Assembly: GCA_964247055.1 (NCBI GenBank)
Contig: OZ176055.1
Location: 930,001-994,000 of the forward strand
Length of the DNA stretch: 64,000 bases
DNA from: Paragordius varius
Taxonomy: Eukaryota > Animalia > Nematomorpha
Direction: 5' to 3'
Part shown: positions 23,502 to 36,357 of the stretch, in pieces
Position numbering within the stretch: position 1 is the first letter of the stretch
Layout of the letters: each line of letters opens with the position of its first letter
Notes under the pieces: model-generated
Databases searched by the model: none
What the model was told of the DNA's origin: nothing
Seen by the model: the letters and a program-made list of their open reading frames with translations, nothing else
Translations under genes and position numbers: made by a program

Positions 23502-23903
23502 GCCTAAAACATTTAAATATATTTGCCAGATATTTTAGCAACAATAAAATATTTATGGTAAATATTTTGAAACAGTGTTATAAGTTAGATATTGTGCTCT
23601 GGTTATAGAGATACATTAGGATAAAGATGTTCATACAAAATAAAATACAGTATAAGTAGGTATACGTTGTTTGAAAGTTATTAATAATTGTTAAATAAAA
23701 TTTTGAACAAAGACTTGAATTATTGGTTAATTGTTATTTTTTTACTTTTGAATATTTTCCATAAAATCTTTGTTCTATATGCTATTTGGCAGCAATTAAT
23801 AACTTTCTAACAATATATATTTACTCATACTGTAAATTGACTATAAATATTATTGTGAACAAATATTTTTACGCATGTTTTTATGAAAGAATAAATATTA
23901 CGC

Positions 23904-26900
23904 ATGCCTCAACCCGAAATGGACCTAAATTATTCAATCAAAAAGTTTCAAGAAAATATATCTCAATCCAATCTATTGATTGATATTTTAAATAAATATA
24001 AAGTATTTATTTTATTTTACCTATAGGAAATAAATATTGATAAAAATTATTTGACATATCTTTTTGAAATAGCCGCCACCCTTATCGACAGACATTCCAA
24101 TCTAAACAATGATGGTATATATAAACTATTTCATAAATTTTCGGAATATTTATTTATAATATTCTATCAGCTCTAAATTTGAGTTTTATTAAATTAATTT
24201 TTAAAGAAAAAGCATATAAAAAATGTTGTATTTTATAAATTACTTTTTAGTAGAGCATTTATATTGGGTCGTTAAATAGGGATAGAAAATTAAATTTGTT
24301 ACATATTTTAACGATTGTCCTGATATATTGATTAACTTTATAAAATGAGAAAATAATATAGTTTTCTTTAACTATCATATTAGTCTTACTCTTTCAATTT
24401 TAATTTATTACAATTTAAATTTTTATTGCATGTTATATAGGGTTGTTTTGGCATTTATATATTATGTAGAATACCTTGTATGGTCACAAACCCGATATAA
24501 TGAATGTCAAGAATTGATAATTTCAAGCTTGTTTCAAAAATATAATACGGTATGTATGTTTTAATTGATCAAAATTTCTGTTTTCATAAAAAAATCGCAA
24601 AATATGTAAATCAAAAAGATGTTAGAGTGTAAAGAACTGCAATTCAAATAAAAAAATCAACCATAATTAGTCTGTAAATACTCTAATTGTGTGATTAATA
24701 CATGGCTTAATATTTGCATCATGTCGCTTTTTAAGAAAAAATATAAAATAAGTATCTTGTTAGCTCATATATTTCATTTTTTTTATTCAAATATATAGAA
24801 AATGAAGGTGTGATTAATTTTAAAATTTTCATTATTTTTGGCTCATTTTGAGGGCTTTTAAATACCCCTTTTTTGTGAAAGGGTATAATTAACTTTAAAT
24901 GATTATAGCTTAAAAATACGACCTTATAATCGAAAAAGTTTATGATGATCAGCATGAGCTCGTAAGTTTATTTCCAAAATTTTCATTTAAAAAATGGATT
25001 TAAATAATTACGAATTTAGAAATTGGCTTGATTTTTACTTTATCTTTTAAATATCGGCTCAATAAAAGTATTTTTTACTTTACATATTATAAGCCCCTTA
25101 TCTATTTAAATCATTTCTTTCAAATTTTTTTTAGTTTCGAAAAAATTTGCTCTTTCAATTACACGAAAAGGAAGTCGCGCTAAGAAATCCAACAATTACT
25201 GATAACTCTATAAAATCATCACAGTCTTTATTTATAGACCTTACTCTAAAAGTTCATTTTTCACGTTAAAATCTCTTAGAAATTTTTACATGAATTGGTC
25301 TGTTTAAATACGACAACTAAAGAAACAAAATCTATGGTAAGTCGTATGATAAAAAGTCTGATAGAATTTCCGGATATTGCATTACATTCAATTAAAATGC
25401 TAAATAAAATACTTGGAACCAGCCCACGTGATATTCAATATAATTTGGAAATTATATACCATTTCTTAACTACCATCTCGTCCCAATGTAAAAAAAAACT
25501 TTTTGAAATTATGTTTACTTGCAGTAATAATTGAATTTAAATTTAAAAAAATTAAAAGGCAAATAAAGTTAAACATACGGACAAAAGTAAAAATACAAGA
25601 CAAATATTTTTTTCCAAAAGCCAACCATACTTTTTATAACCAAATTTTTTTCATATAAGCTATTTAGTTACAATGGTAAAATATAGAATTGATTGTGTTA
25701 TTTATGTTTATATATATCTCTATATTTCACACTTTTCCATTTAAGTAATGAGTTATATTGAAATAATAACTGATTTAAAAAGTATGGTTGTTGTATTTTA
25801 AATAAAAATATATGACTTTATATTTTTACGTTTTGTCCATAGTACAATTTCAGTTTTTACTATATTTTTTTGTACAAAAAAAGACAACCATACTGTTATA
25901 AACCTTATTTCTTTTATAAACTATATATATTTACTTGAAATTTAAATAATTAATTGAGTGTATTAACAATTTATTACTTATTTTTAAAAGCCAACCCAGG
26001 ATAGGTTATATTTTAAATAAATTAAAGGTCAAAATATATGGTTATGGCTTCCTTTTAGAAAAATATTTTTTAAACCTATTGTCTCTATAATATTAATATT
26101 ATTTTATTTGATTTTTATAGCTTATATGAACAAAGAAAGTAGTATTCAAAAGTCTAAGAAACCGCCAATATTTAATCCCAAAACAACGGTTAATTATCCC
26201 TGTTTTCGTGAAGAGTTATCAGAATGTTGGATAAAACTTTTGACCAATTTTAAGGTCTCATATATATATATATATATATATATATTGATTTCTGCTTTTA
26301 ATTACTTAAAGTTTAAAATTTAATTTACCCTTAAAATTAAATTGACCCTTGAACAATTCAAATTTACCCTAATAAATTGTGTGTTTTCAAACTACTTATT
26401 AAATATAAAATATATCTTTATGCCATAGTTTATTATTTTTTTCAGTATTGTTTAAATTTTGAACTAAATTCATTTTTTAATCTAATGAAAAAGGTAATTT
26501 TTATTATAATAAGCACATAATTTATTTTAGGGTGAATTGTTCAAGAATTAATTTAAAGCGTAAATGGTATATTAAAAAAACTTAAAAAGTATAAGTAATT
26601 TTTTAATACAGAAAACTATTTTTGAATTTTCAAGATTTTTTTAATAGTTAACCTATTGTTTTGGCTTGCAAAATAGATAATATAAATATTAATTGAACCC
26701 ACACTCAATTTAATATTTAACAATTTATTTGATATACATAAGTTTTATATGTAAAATCATCCAGGGATCAATAATATAATTTTTTTAACGATTTAATTCG
26801 TTTCATGTTTTGTCCTTGTAATTTCAAATTTTTAAGGTAAATATAATGATACATGGGTTTGGTTTGTTAAAATTTAATATATAAAAAAAAATCTATATTT

Positions 26901-26960
26901 ATTTATTTATGGTTAGTTTAATTAAAAACATTGTTTTCCTTTTCGTAAAAATTTTGTAAA

Positions 26961-27052
<92 letters not shown>

Positions 27053-29082
27053 AAATTATTTATTTCATAGATACCTGTGAATTTATATTACGGAATTTTG
27101 CGCAATTTGGATTCCCACATAATGCCACACGTTAAAAATCCGCTTGCCTTGGCCGATTTTATTCTTTTATCATTTAATGGCGGTTCCGATCATATTAATG
27201 GTAAAATTTTATCAAACTAATTCTTTTAGTTCTTTTAAACACATATTATATACCATTTGCACTTCAAGAGTGTCCTTGAACAGTTCAAGTTGGTATTTGA
27301 ACAATTCAAGTTGGTCCTTGAACAGTTCAAGTTGTTAAAATTTATAAATTTTGATTTAACCATAATTTACGCATTTATTTTTTTTATTTTATTATTTATT
27401 TACCTAATTTTCTTTATTATATATTTATTCATTTAAATATAAAATTTTTTATTTAAAACCACTTTTTTTTGTTTTAAACTATTTTTTTCCAATTGAACAA
27501 AATTATTGACTTTTAAATGATTTTAATGAAAATTTTTAATTAATAACTCAGAAAACTTATATATTTTTGCATTTCGTGTTAAAATCTTATAAATATAATA
27601 TTTTAAGAAATTAATAAAGATATACGGTTTCTCAAAGATTAAAAGTTGATATCGATTTAAAATTTATGTTAAATAATAGAAAATGGGTTAAAAACAATAA
27701 AATAGATGAATTATTTACGATTTGATTGATAAAAGTTAAAAACAAAACAAAAAAGTCAAAGGACCAAGTTGAAGTGTTCAAGGACACTCTTGAAGTGCTA
27801 ATGGTATATAATATCGATAAGATCATTTGCATTTAATCGTCACATAGTATTAATTACAGTATAAATTGAAATTATACTGAAGGACAAAATGTAAAAATAT
27901 AAAGGCAAAATTAGACAGTCATACTATGTTAAACCTTAATTTATTTAATAAAAATAATTACAATCGTGAAATATATAATTGATTGTGTTACCAATTACAT
28001 TACTATATAATACTTTGTAGTTTAAAACAATGAGTTATATTTAAAAAAATTAGGATTCAAAAAGTATGGTTGTCTTTTAGAATAAAATATTTGTCTTTAT
28101 ATTTTCACGTTTTGTCCGTCTAATTTTATTTTTACTGTAATATTAATGTTTTGAAGATATTTAATACGGAATATAGCATATAAATTTTAGCTTGAAATTC
28201 TTTTATGCGAATTAGTTTTAATATTAATGTTTTTTATACAATTTTTGTGGGGGTGATTTTATATAATATATTTATTTACCTAATATTTATTTTTAAAAAA
28301 TTACAATTCATATTTTCTTTGGTTAACTTACTTTTTAGTTTTTGCCGGACAAATGAATAAATAATAACCTATGGAAAACTTTTTTCAACTATTTTAAAGC
28401 GAAAAATGTTTTTGTATTTGCAATCTATATTTCATAATCATAAATACCCTCTTTTTTAGATATTTACATTCAATTTTAAATTATTTTAGTAAAAAAAATA
28501 AAAATTATCTGCATATATATGTTAGATTCGAGGACTGATGATATACATCAACAACGAGATCTGATGATACCAATTTATTGCTTGAAAAGCTTATATAACC
28601 TCATTTTATTTCACGGTTATGAATATCCCAATTTTTATGAACGCCTGTTGGCCCTTATCAACCCTAATGTATTGAGTCATTTCGATAACATTAATACGCC
28701 CTCTGCTTTTCTTCCTTTGTTGGAATGTTCTAGAATAAAGAATTCAGAATCAACGCAAAGGATTAGTTTGAAAAACACTTTTTTCACCTTGCTTTCGGAA
28801 TCGTTAGCATCAAAGTAAGCAACATTTTTCTGGTCATATAGATTTTTTTGAAAACAAAAGGGAAATTAAAATAATGAAAACGATTGGAAAGTTTGTAGAT
28901 GAATATCATTTAACTAATAATTATTTTTTGAAATTTGGTCATAATTATATTTGATCAATATTATTTTTTTGTTTTTTAGTTAATCCGTTGACAAAGATAC
29001 TTACCATGTATCAAAAATTTTACATATAGCTCATTTAAATGAATTTTACGAGATAAAAAATTATATTTTAACATAAATATCA

Positions 29083-29128
<46 letters not shown>

Positions 29129-30417
29129 GACCCATATAACAATAATATGAGTCCTTACTTTATTCGTTTAACCATTTTTGATAAAATTTTATAAATACAA
29201 ATATTGTCGAAATCTTAATTGAGATATAACACACATAAACAGTAAAATATTAATATGAATCGTAAAACTACAATATGTATGATTACTTATTAAAAAGTAT
29301 AAAGCAAGTTTTTATTTTCCAAATGATATATATCTGCAGTTTAAATGAAAAAATATTATTAATAGCATTTAATATTATGATTATCTTTTTATCTTTTTTA
29401 ATTTAAATGTTATCTATGAAAATAATTTTTTATATAAATATATTTTTAGACATATACCATACGATACAGTCCATCAATTTTTGGGTAAAATCATGTCGTC
29501 TTGCACAAATAATAATTGTTATACGCCAAGTCCACACCTGATATGCCTTTGTTTGGCACTCATGTATGGAATTATAAGGAATCACCCGCAATTTTATCAA
29601 CGTCTTTTGTTTTTAATTGGTGAAACTGACACTATTTGTAAAGAAAATACTTGTGAGACTTTAAACTGTAGTATATTCAAAGGTTTTGAAAGCTTGACTA
29701 TGCATTATAGTACAATGGTTAGAAACTTGGTTCAAATCCTTATAACTGATATCATAGATCATTGTGAACATTTGAAAAGATCTAACCATATTTTAAGTAA
29801 TAATGATGATAAAGAGGGAATTAAAAAGGAAAAGGTTCCTACCGCCGTTAAAAGGTTGAAACCCCCCGTGCTTGTTAAAGAGGTTGACCTTAAATATTGG
29901 ATGTATGAGTTCAATGAATACGAAGTATATTTATATTTAGCTTACAAGTTACAGTAAATCAAAAAATTTAAAAAAAGACATACTTACTTTTTCACACCTT
30001 AATTTTTCTTACATAAATTATGAATTTTGGCACCAAGTTACTGCTTTGCAATTTTAAACAATGATGTGTATTAATTGCATTATAAAAAGTAATTTATTCA
30101 TTAAAAAATTTGTTTTTATGATTACGTTTTTTATATTTTCAATTTTTACGGTATATATATATATATATATTATATATATATCTCGTAAAAATTGTGAATT
30201 AACATAATTTTCATACATTTAATGGTGTTCTTTTAACCGTTTTACTACTTAGTTTCATTATAAAGATGGAAAAAGGGATTTCAACATTTATATATATATG
30301 TAAATATAAATAAATTTTTATCAATTTTAGATGATCCGTAAGGTGTATGATAGAGCTAAAAAGAAACAAATGCACAATTATAAATTCGGCAACGCTAAAC
30401 GAATTCGCGCAAATTAA
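23904..30417 (+). CDS. NOC4L: Nucleolar complex protein 4 homolog (CBF/Mak21 domain), ~10 exons
   Basis: Exons ~23904-24002, 24027-24114, 24441-24549, 25136-25251, 25280-25487, 26121-26254, 27072-27199, 28524-28814, 29450-29922, 30331-30417. Peptides 'YLVWSQTRYNEC', 'ILRNLDSHIMPHVKNPLALADFI', 'YEYPNFYERLLALINP', 'GIIRNHP' and 'FESLTMHY' parallel NOC4L. Confidence 0.88.
26966..27050. repeat. (TA)n microsatellite, ~40 units
   Basis: Direct reading. Shorter (TA)n tracts at ~5455, ~5545, ~29087, ~41990 and ~45980. Confidence 0.95.
27248..27810. mobile_element. MITE family A' (related TIR) in a NOC4L intron
   Basis: TATACCATTTGCACTTCAAGAGTGTCCTTGAAC...GTTCAAGGACACTCTTGAAGTGCTAATGGTATA. An isolated left arm also occurs at ~8617-8670. 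Confidence 0.8.
27855..28140. mobile_element. MITE family B (TA|CAGT termini, Tc1/mariner-like)
   Basis: TACAGTATAAATTGAAATTATAC...TTTTGTCCG...TTTTTACTGTA. Related copies at ~8134-8410, ~25560-25862, ~34124-34416, ~38615-38800 and ~63312-63597. Confidence 0.8.
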
Positions 30418-31530
30418 ATATTTGAATTTTAATAAATGGATTTTTTTGGTATATGCACAATATTTTATATAAAATCATAAATTCCCCATAAAAATTTTTT
30501 TGGCTTAAATCAAAATTTTATTTTAAATATAACAATATAGGAAATATGCAATGTCATAAAGAATTTAAAACAATGATAAAATGTCATCAAGAACTTTTTC
30601 TCTTACTACTTGTATAGTTAGCGCTCTCTAACATGATTGAAATTACCGACCGCATTCAATATATATGAAGATTTCGACCATAAAACTGTAAAATACAAAC
30701 ACAATATAATAATTTTTTTGGTTCTGCCAATAGAATAAAATTTAGTTATGAAATATTATTTTTTTTAAAGATTTTATAAGCACACTGCAAATTATGGAAA
30801 TCCAATTTTATAGTCTCTGAGGGCCCTATGTTGGACACCCTTGGTCTATCGGTCGTTTTTTATTATTGTTTTTTTTTAAACACTTTTAGTCAATAAGGGG
30901 TCAACTTGGTATTTTGCACATTTATACACCCGCATATAATTCTACTAAAATAGGAATATATTTTATTAGTAAATATCTCACAAATTTTTTTCAGAGAGAA
31001 AATAAAATACACAAAAAAATTTAATAGGAAAAACTGTCAATTTTCAAAAAAGTGGGCATCTAAATTTAATAAAGGAAAATTTAACAATTGCTTACTACGG
31101 CGCTAAAGAATATGGTTAAATTCGAGATATAAGCTTCTTATACTGTTACGATAGATATTGGCCATTTAGGTATTTTCATTGGTTATGTATAAATTCTTTT
31201 TTATTCTTTACATATGTAAATATTCTGATGAAAAATATAGTGTTTTGATTAATTATATGTATTTTATACATTGTAACATACATGTGTATTAATCTCATTT
31301 TAGCCAATAAACTATCGAAATGACCAATACTAGCTCTTGTTACCGTATTAATGAAGCAAAAACTTTTCTTAATGATAAATAAACCATCTTTTTAGTTTTT
31401 TTTGGCAATAAGTCCCTCTCATTCGCAGAGCTTCGGAAACATTTATCTAACATAATGTCTATAAAATTCTTGACTCACAAATATAGATAACAAATATGTT
31501 TAAAAATAAGTTAACAGTTAAACCTTAACT

Positions 31531-33744
31531 TAAGGTGACCAGGCGTCCCGCTTTTTCACACTTTGTCCCGCGTCCCGTTACGGTTTTGAAATGTCCCGCT
31601 TTTTCACGATCATAAAAAAATTGTTTTTTGAAATACGTTTTAATATAAAAATTTATTTTTTTATCCGTTTTAATTATTTATAATTAGTTATCTTTTATAT
31701 CTATATCAAATTTTAAATTAAAATTTTTTAAAATTAAAAATATTTATTTTTTTAAATTTAAATCATATGATTATACACTTAGTTCCTACTCCTACTGCAA
31801 CATTATCAAAAAGACAAATTAATACCACAAATCGGTGGCTTATACGTTTACTCCAGAAAATTAAGGTAATATAATATTTTTTTATGCTAATATTAGTATT
31901 ATGAGTATAAAAAGAGGTTGTGAATTCAACGATGAATTAATGAAAGAATTTCCTTTTATCAAAAAAACGAAGAATGAATCATTTTTAAATGTTCTTTGTG
32001 CTGGTGGAATTCACCCTAGCACATGGCGGCAAGCATGATATTACAAAGCATCTGGAAGCACAGTAACATAAATATTTAGATATGGCGGAATCTTACAAAA
32101 TGAGGGATTTTTATCGAAAAACCGCTTTTGGAGAGGAAGAAAAGAATTTGGCACTACCCGAAGGCGTTTTATCTTTCCACGCCGTTAATCACAATCTATC
32201 CTTTAGATCTATGGATTTTACCTCACAGGTTATTCGTACCTTATTTAATAAAAAATTACGTGTGCCCGTACAAAAGCTAGCCATTGTATGCAATGTCCTT
32301 TCGCCACATGCGTTTCAAATACAAAAAGATTTGCTGAAAATCAATTTCATATCGCTATCTCTGATGCATCAAATCACAAGGAAACAAAATTATTTCCCAC
32401 TTTAATAAAATATTTTGATCCAACCGGAGTAAAAATTAAAATTTTCGATTTTATTTCTTTACCCGGTAAAAATTCCGTAATTTTTACTTCAATAATAAAC
32501 ATTTTAGAAAAAATAATTTAAAAGACAAAAACATCGCATATTGCGCTGACAACACCAATACGAACTTAGGTGGAAAAGCAAGGAGGGAAACGAAAAATAT
32601 TTTTCATAAATTAGCAGATAATCTTAATCTAAACATTATTGGCTTTGGGTGTGCAGCGTATAGAATACACAACACTATTCAAACAGCCGCGGATTTGTTA
32701 CGCCTAGATGTGAAAAATGTAGTTGTTAAAATTATATATACACGGTACGCTTTGAAACGCTTAAAGAATTCTGTGAAAATGCAGAAGTTCAATATCAAAA
32801 AATGCTTGGAAACTCGTTGGTTAGCTCTGCCAGCTATCTAAAGAATTTTAAAAATGTATGATCCTTTATCCTTTTTATCACAGGACAAATGCACTACAAC
32901 TTTGGAAAATTTTTTGAAAGTGATTCTTTAAAAATATGGTTAGAGTTCCTACATAATCAAACTTCTCTCTTTCAAAATGTTATAAAACTGATAGAAGGTG
33001 ACAAAATTTCGGCAATCGAAGTAGCCAATGAAGTTAGTAACCAAAAATTCCAATGTCAAGAAAGGTTAAAAAATAATTTTATAAGATTATTTAGCGATTC
33101 AATGAAATTGCTCATTTTCATTGGATATCATTAAAACCAGAATTTAATTGGTGCGATGTTCAAAAATCATTTGATTACATCTGCATCTCCCAAAAATTCC
33201 CAAAACGTAATCTTTCAGAAAATGATCCTTTTTCTTAAGTATCATTAGTTAAAAAATATTAATAATGAAAAACTTAAATTATGGACAACAGAAAAAAATA
33301 CAGTAGAAAAGAAATGGTTAGAAATATTTCATCATTTTGAAACAAAGTATGTTCCATACAATAATTTTTTAAAAATTGGCACTATCTTTACTTGGAACCA
33401 ACACTGCTACTGAGCGCGTTTTTTCCACAGTAAATCAGGTGTGGACATCGGTCAAATTTAAATGTTGAAACTTTAAAGGCCATTTAATCTGGCAAATATA
33501 ATTTGACAAATTCTTGTGAAGACTTCTAAAATATTTTAAAAAATGATGACAATCTGCTAAACGCAAATCAAACAAAAAATATATCAAAAAATAAAATATT
33601 TTATTATATTTATAATGTATTTGTTTTAAAAATAAATAAATATTACAATAAATTTTTGTTTAAAAATTTTTGGTTGTACCCCCCCCCCATGCCCTTCCCC
33701 CTTCTCTTTGTCCCGCTTTTTCGTCAAAAAATCTGGTCACCTTA
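31531..33744 (+). mobile_element. hAT (Blackjack-like) DNA transposon, full length but frameshifted
   Basis: 12-bp perfect TIR TAAGGTGACCAG/CTGGTCACCTTA and an 8-bp TSD CCTTAACT (31523-31530, 33745-33752). Subterminal TGTCCCGC repeats. Transposase fragments 'SDASNHKETKLFPTLIKYF', 'ADNTNTN', 'TRWLAL' and 'TATERVFS'. Confidence 0.92.
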
Positions 33745-36357
33745 CCTTAACTAAACTTGAATATATTTTACGAAAATGTAAATCGCCCAAACAATATATT
33801 AGTATTTCTAGAAAGTTTGAGAGAATTAGCTATAAAATCATATAATTACAGTATGTACTTTAATGCTGACTCATTCATTATAGTTATTCAAATGGAAACA
33901 CAGTAGTGTATGGAAAAAAAATAAAATGTATAAAGAATTTCCTATCTTACATTACTTTGTGTATTTTATTCAATATTGTGTTTTTTCCATACACTACTGT
34001 GTTGCCAATCGACTAACTATAGTGTAGATACTAGATAGGTCAGCATTAAAATGCAGGCTTTACCTATAAAACTTAGTTCTTTTTTCAAAACACAATTTAT
34101 TTAAAAAACCCAAATACACAAAATACAGTATAAACTAAAATTATACGGACAAAAAATACAAATATAAAGACAAATATTTTTTTACTAAGACAATCATACT
34201 TTTTGAAACCTTAATTTTTCGAAAAATAACTTAATTGCTTCAAACAATAAAGTATCAGATTGATATGTTTATTTGTAACACAATCCATTATATAATTTTC
34301 AGGTTAATACAATTAGATATATAAAAATAATTCATATTTTAAAAAGCATTGCCGTCTTTTAGAAAAAATATTTGTCTTTATATTTTGACGTTTTGTTCTT
34401 ATAATTATTTACTGTAATAAACTTAAAACACGCAGATGATATTGGACAATCGTCAATCGTATGCATTCCAGTTTCGAGCTTGTTAGTTTTCATCAGTACG
34501 ACACAACTAGTTGACTCGAGAGTTAATCCTGGGATCCGTTATATAAATTGGGATTTTAACGTAATCGGCTTTATTTTAAACATATTATTTTATGTCGTAA
34601 AGGTAATTATTGGTTCCTTAGCAAATATTTTGAGTCTTTTCTCATGTTACCACAAAATTAATTTTAAAATTAGTATCAAACACGAAATAAATTTATGTAA
34701 GACCCCGTAAATAAAATCATCTATGTACTGTTAAAAAATATATATTATTGCATCATACTAATGACGTTTATATCCTTAAATCCTAATTAAGATGTGGTTG
34801 TTTTTATTTTCTAAATTAAACAAGTAATTAAATTTTTCAAATTCTACAAATTCCAAACGTGTTTTGTGGTGCATCCGTTTTTTGTTTGCGTTTTTTCGAA
34901 ATTTTTGAAAAATTACTCAAAAAAACTAAAAAACACCTTTGGCCACCTGTTTGTGTGAGGTGGTATCACGCGATAAAAAAATACTAAAAACGTGATTATA
35001 TTAAAATTTTTACGGTAAAAATGAAATAATAAGGTTAAGGTTATTTCGTAAACTATTGTTATTCATTTTTTTACATTATGTAGTCATTGATAGTTAAAAC
35101 AAAAAATATACTGTGGGTGTAATATTCAAATCTTAAGCTATAATACCTGCTAAATATAACACAACTTAAACTTAATAATATCAAAATTTAACCTTTAATA
35201 TAGTGGCTTACGTGATAGGTTTTTTCAAGTTTAATTTTTTTCCCCACTATGAACCTTGTTCAAATAAATTTTAAATGTTAGATAATAGACTTACAGACTA
35301 CAAATGCTTTCTAGCAATCGTGAGCGAAAATCAGCTGATATACATTACTATTTAAATTGTTATATATTCAATGATAAAAAAAGCTACGTGCTTTATAACC
35401 TAATTATGTTGGTGCGGTATTTGCGCTAAAAATTCCATAAATGTTTTTACGTGACTACCTTAAATTATTATCTTTCTAAAAAAATCCTTAAAATTTGTTT
35501 GGTCGGTTAATATCTATAATTTAATTATATCGATGGTCTTTATATTTACAGTTTTATTTTAACCTCTTGATGTAAGTACAATGTTGACCTTATTGGTTTT
35601 TTAATATATTTTTTGAGTTTAAATGAGTTGATATAATATATAAAAAATGAACTACTAAGTGAGATAAATGATGCAAGAGTTCAAGCTATCATATGTGTTA
35701 CTATTGACGCATGCACTCATTTACATATCGAATGGTAATCAAAAAAGCAGACCTTTAAAAATATTATCTAAAGGATCTAAACAACATAATTAATATTTGT
35801 AGAACTATTTATTTAATTTATAAAAAATATATATTAATTTATTGTAAAAAAAATACACATTCAAAAATACCGTTGATATCTTTTAAAAAATATTTGTTTA
35901 GAAATTGACCTTTAAATACGGCTTGATTGCACAACACAAAATTGCGTAATCAAACATCATTCATTAATCATAAATACGCAAAATTTTCATATTTTTAGCT
36001 TCCTGTTTTTTTTCATTCTTAAAATATTTTTTTGTGGTTAGTTTAGTATACATATAATTTAACATTCTAAAAGAAAAAAATTTGTATATTGTTTACATTT
36101 TTAGCGTATAATTACTTTGTATGCATAATATATAATACTAAATAACTCTTTCTCGCTCTCTCTAAACTTTGTGAGAGATAGTGGCGTGTTTTTATATCTA
36201 TAAAAAAAAATTGTAAATATAAAAAGATTCTTCACTCCATGTGTATATAAAAATAGTTTTATAATTTTTTTGACTTTTTGTCCACCACTAAATTAACAAA
36301 AAATATATCTTATAACATTTTATTTAATTAAAATCAAAGCTTTTCAATAAATTATTA

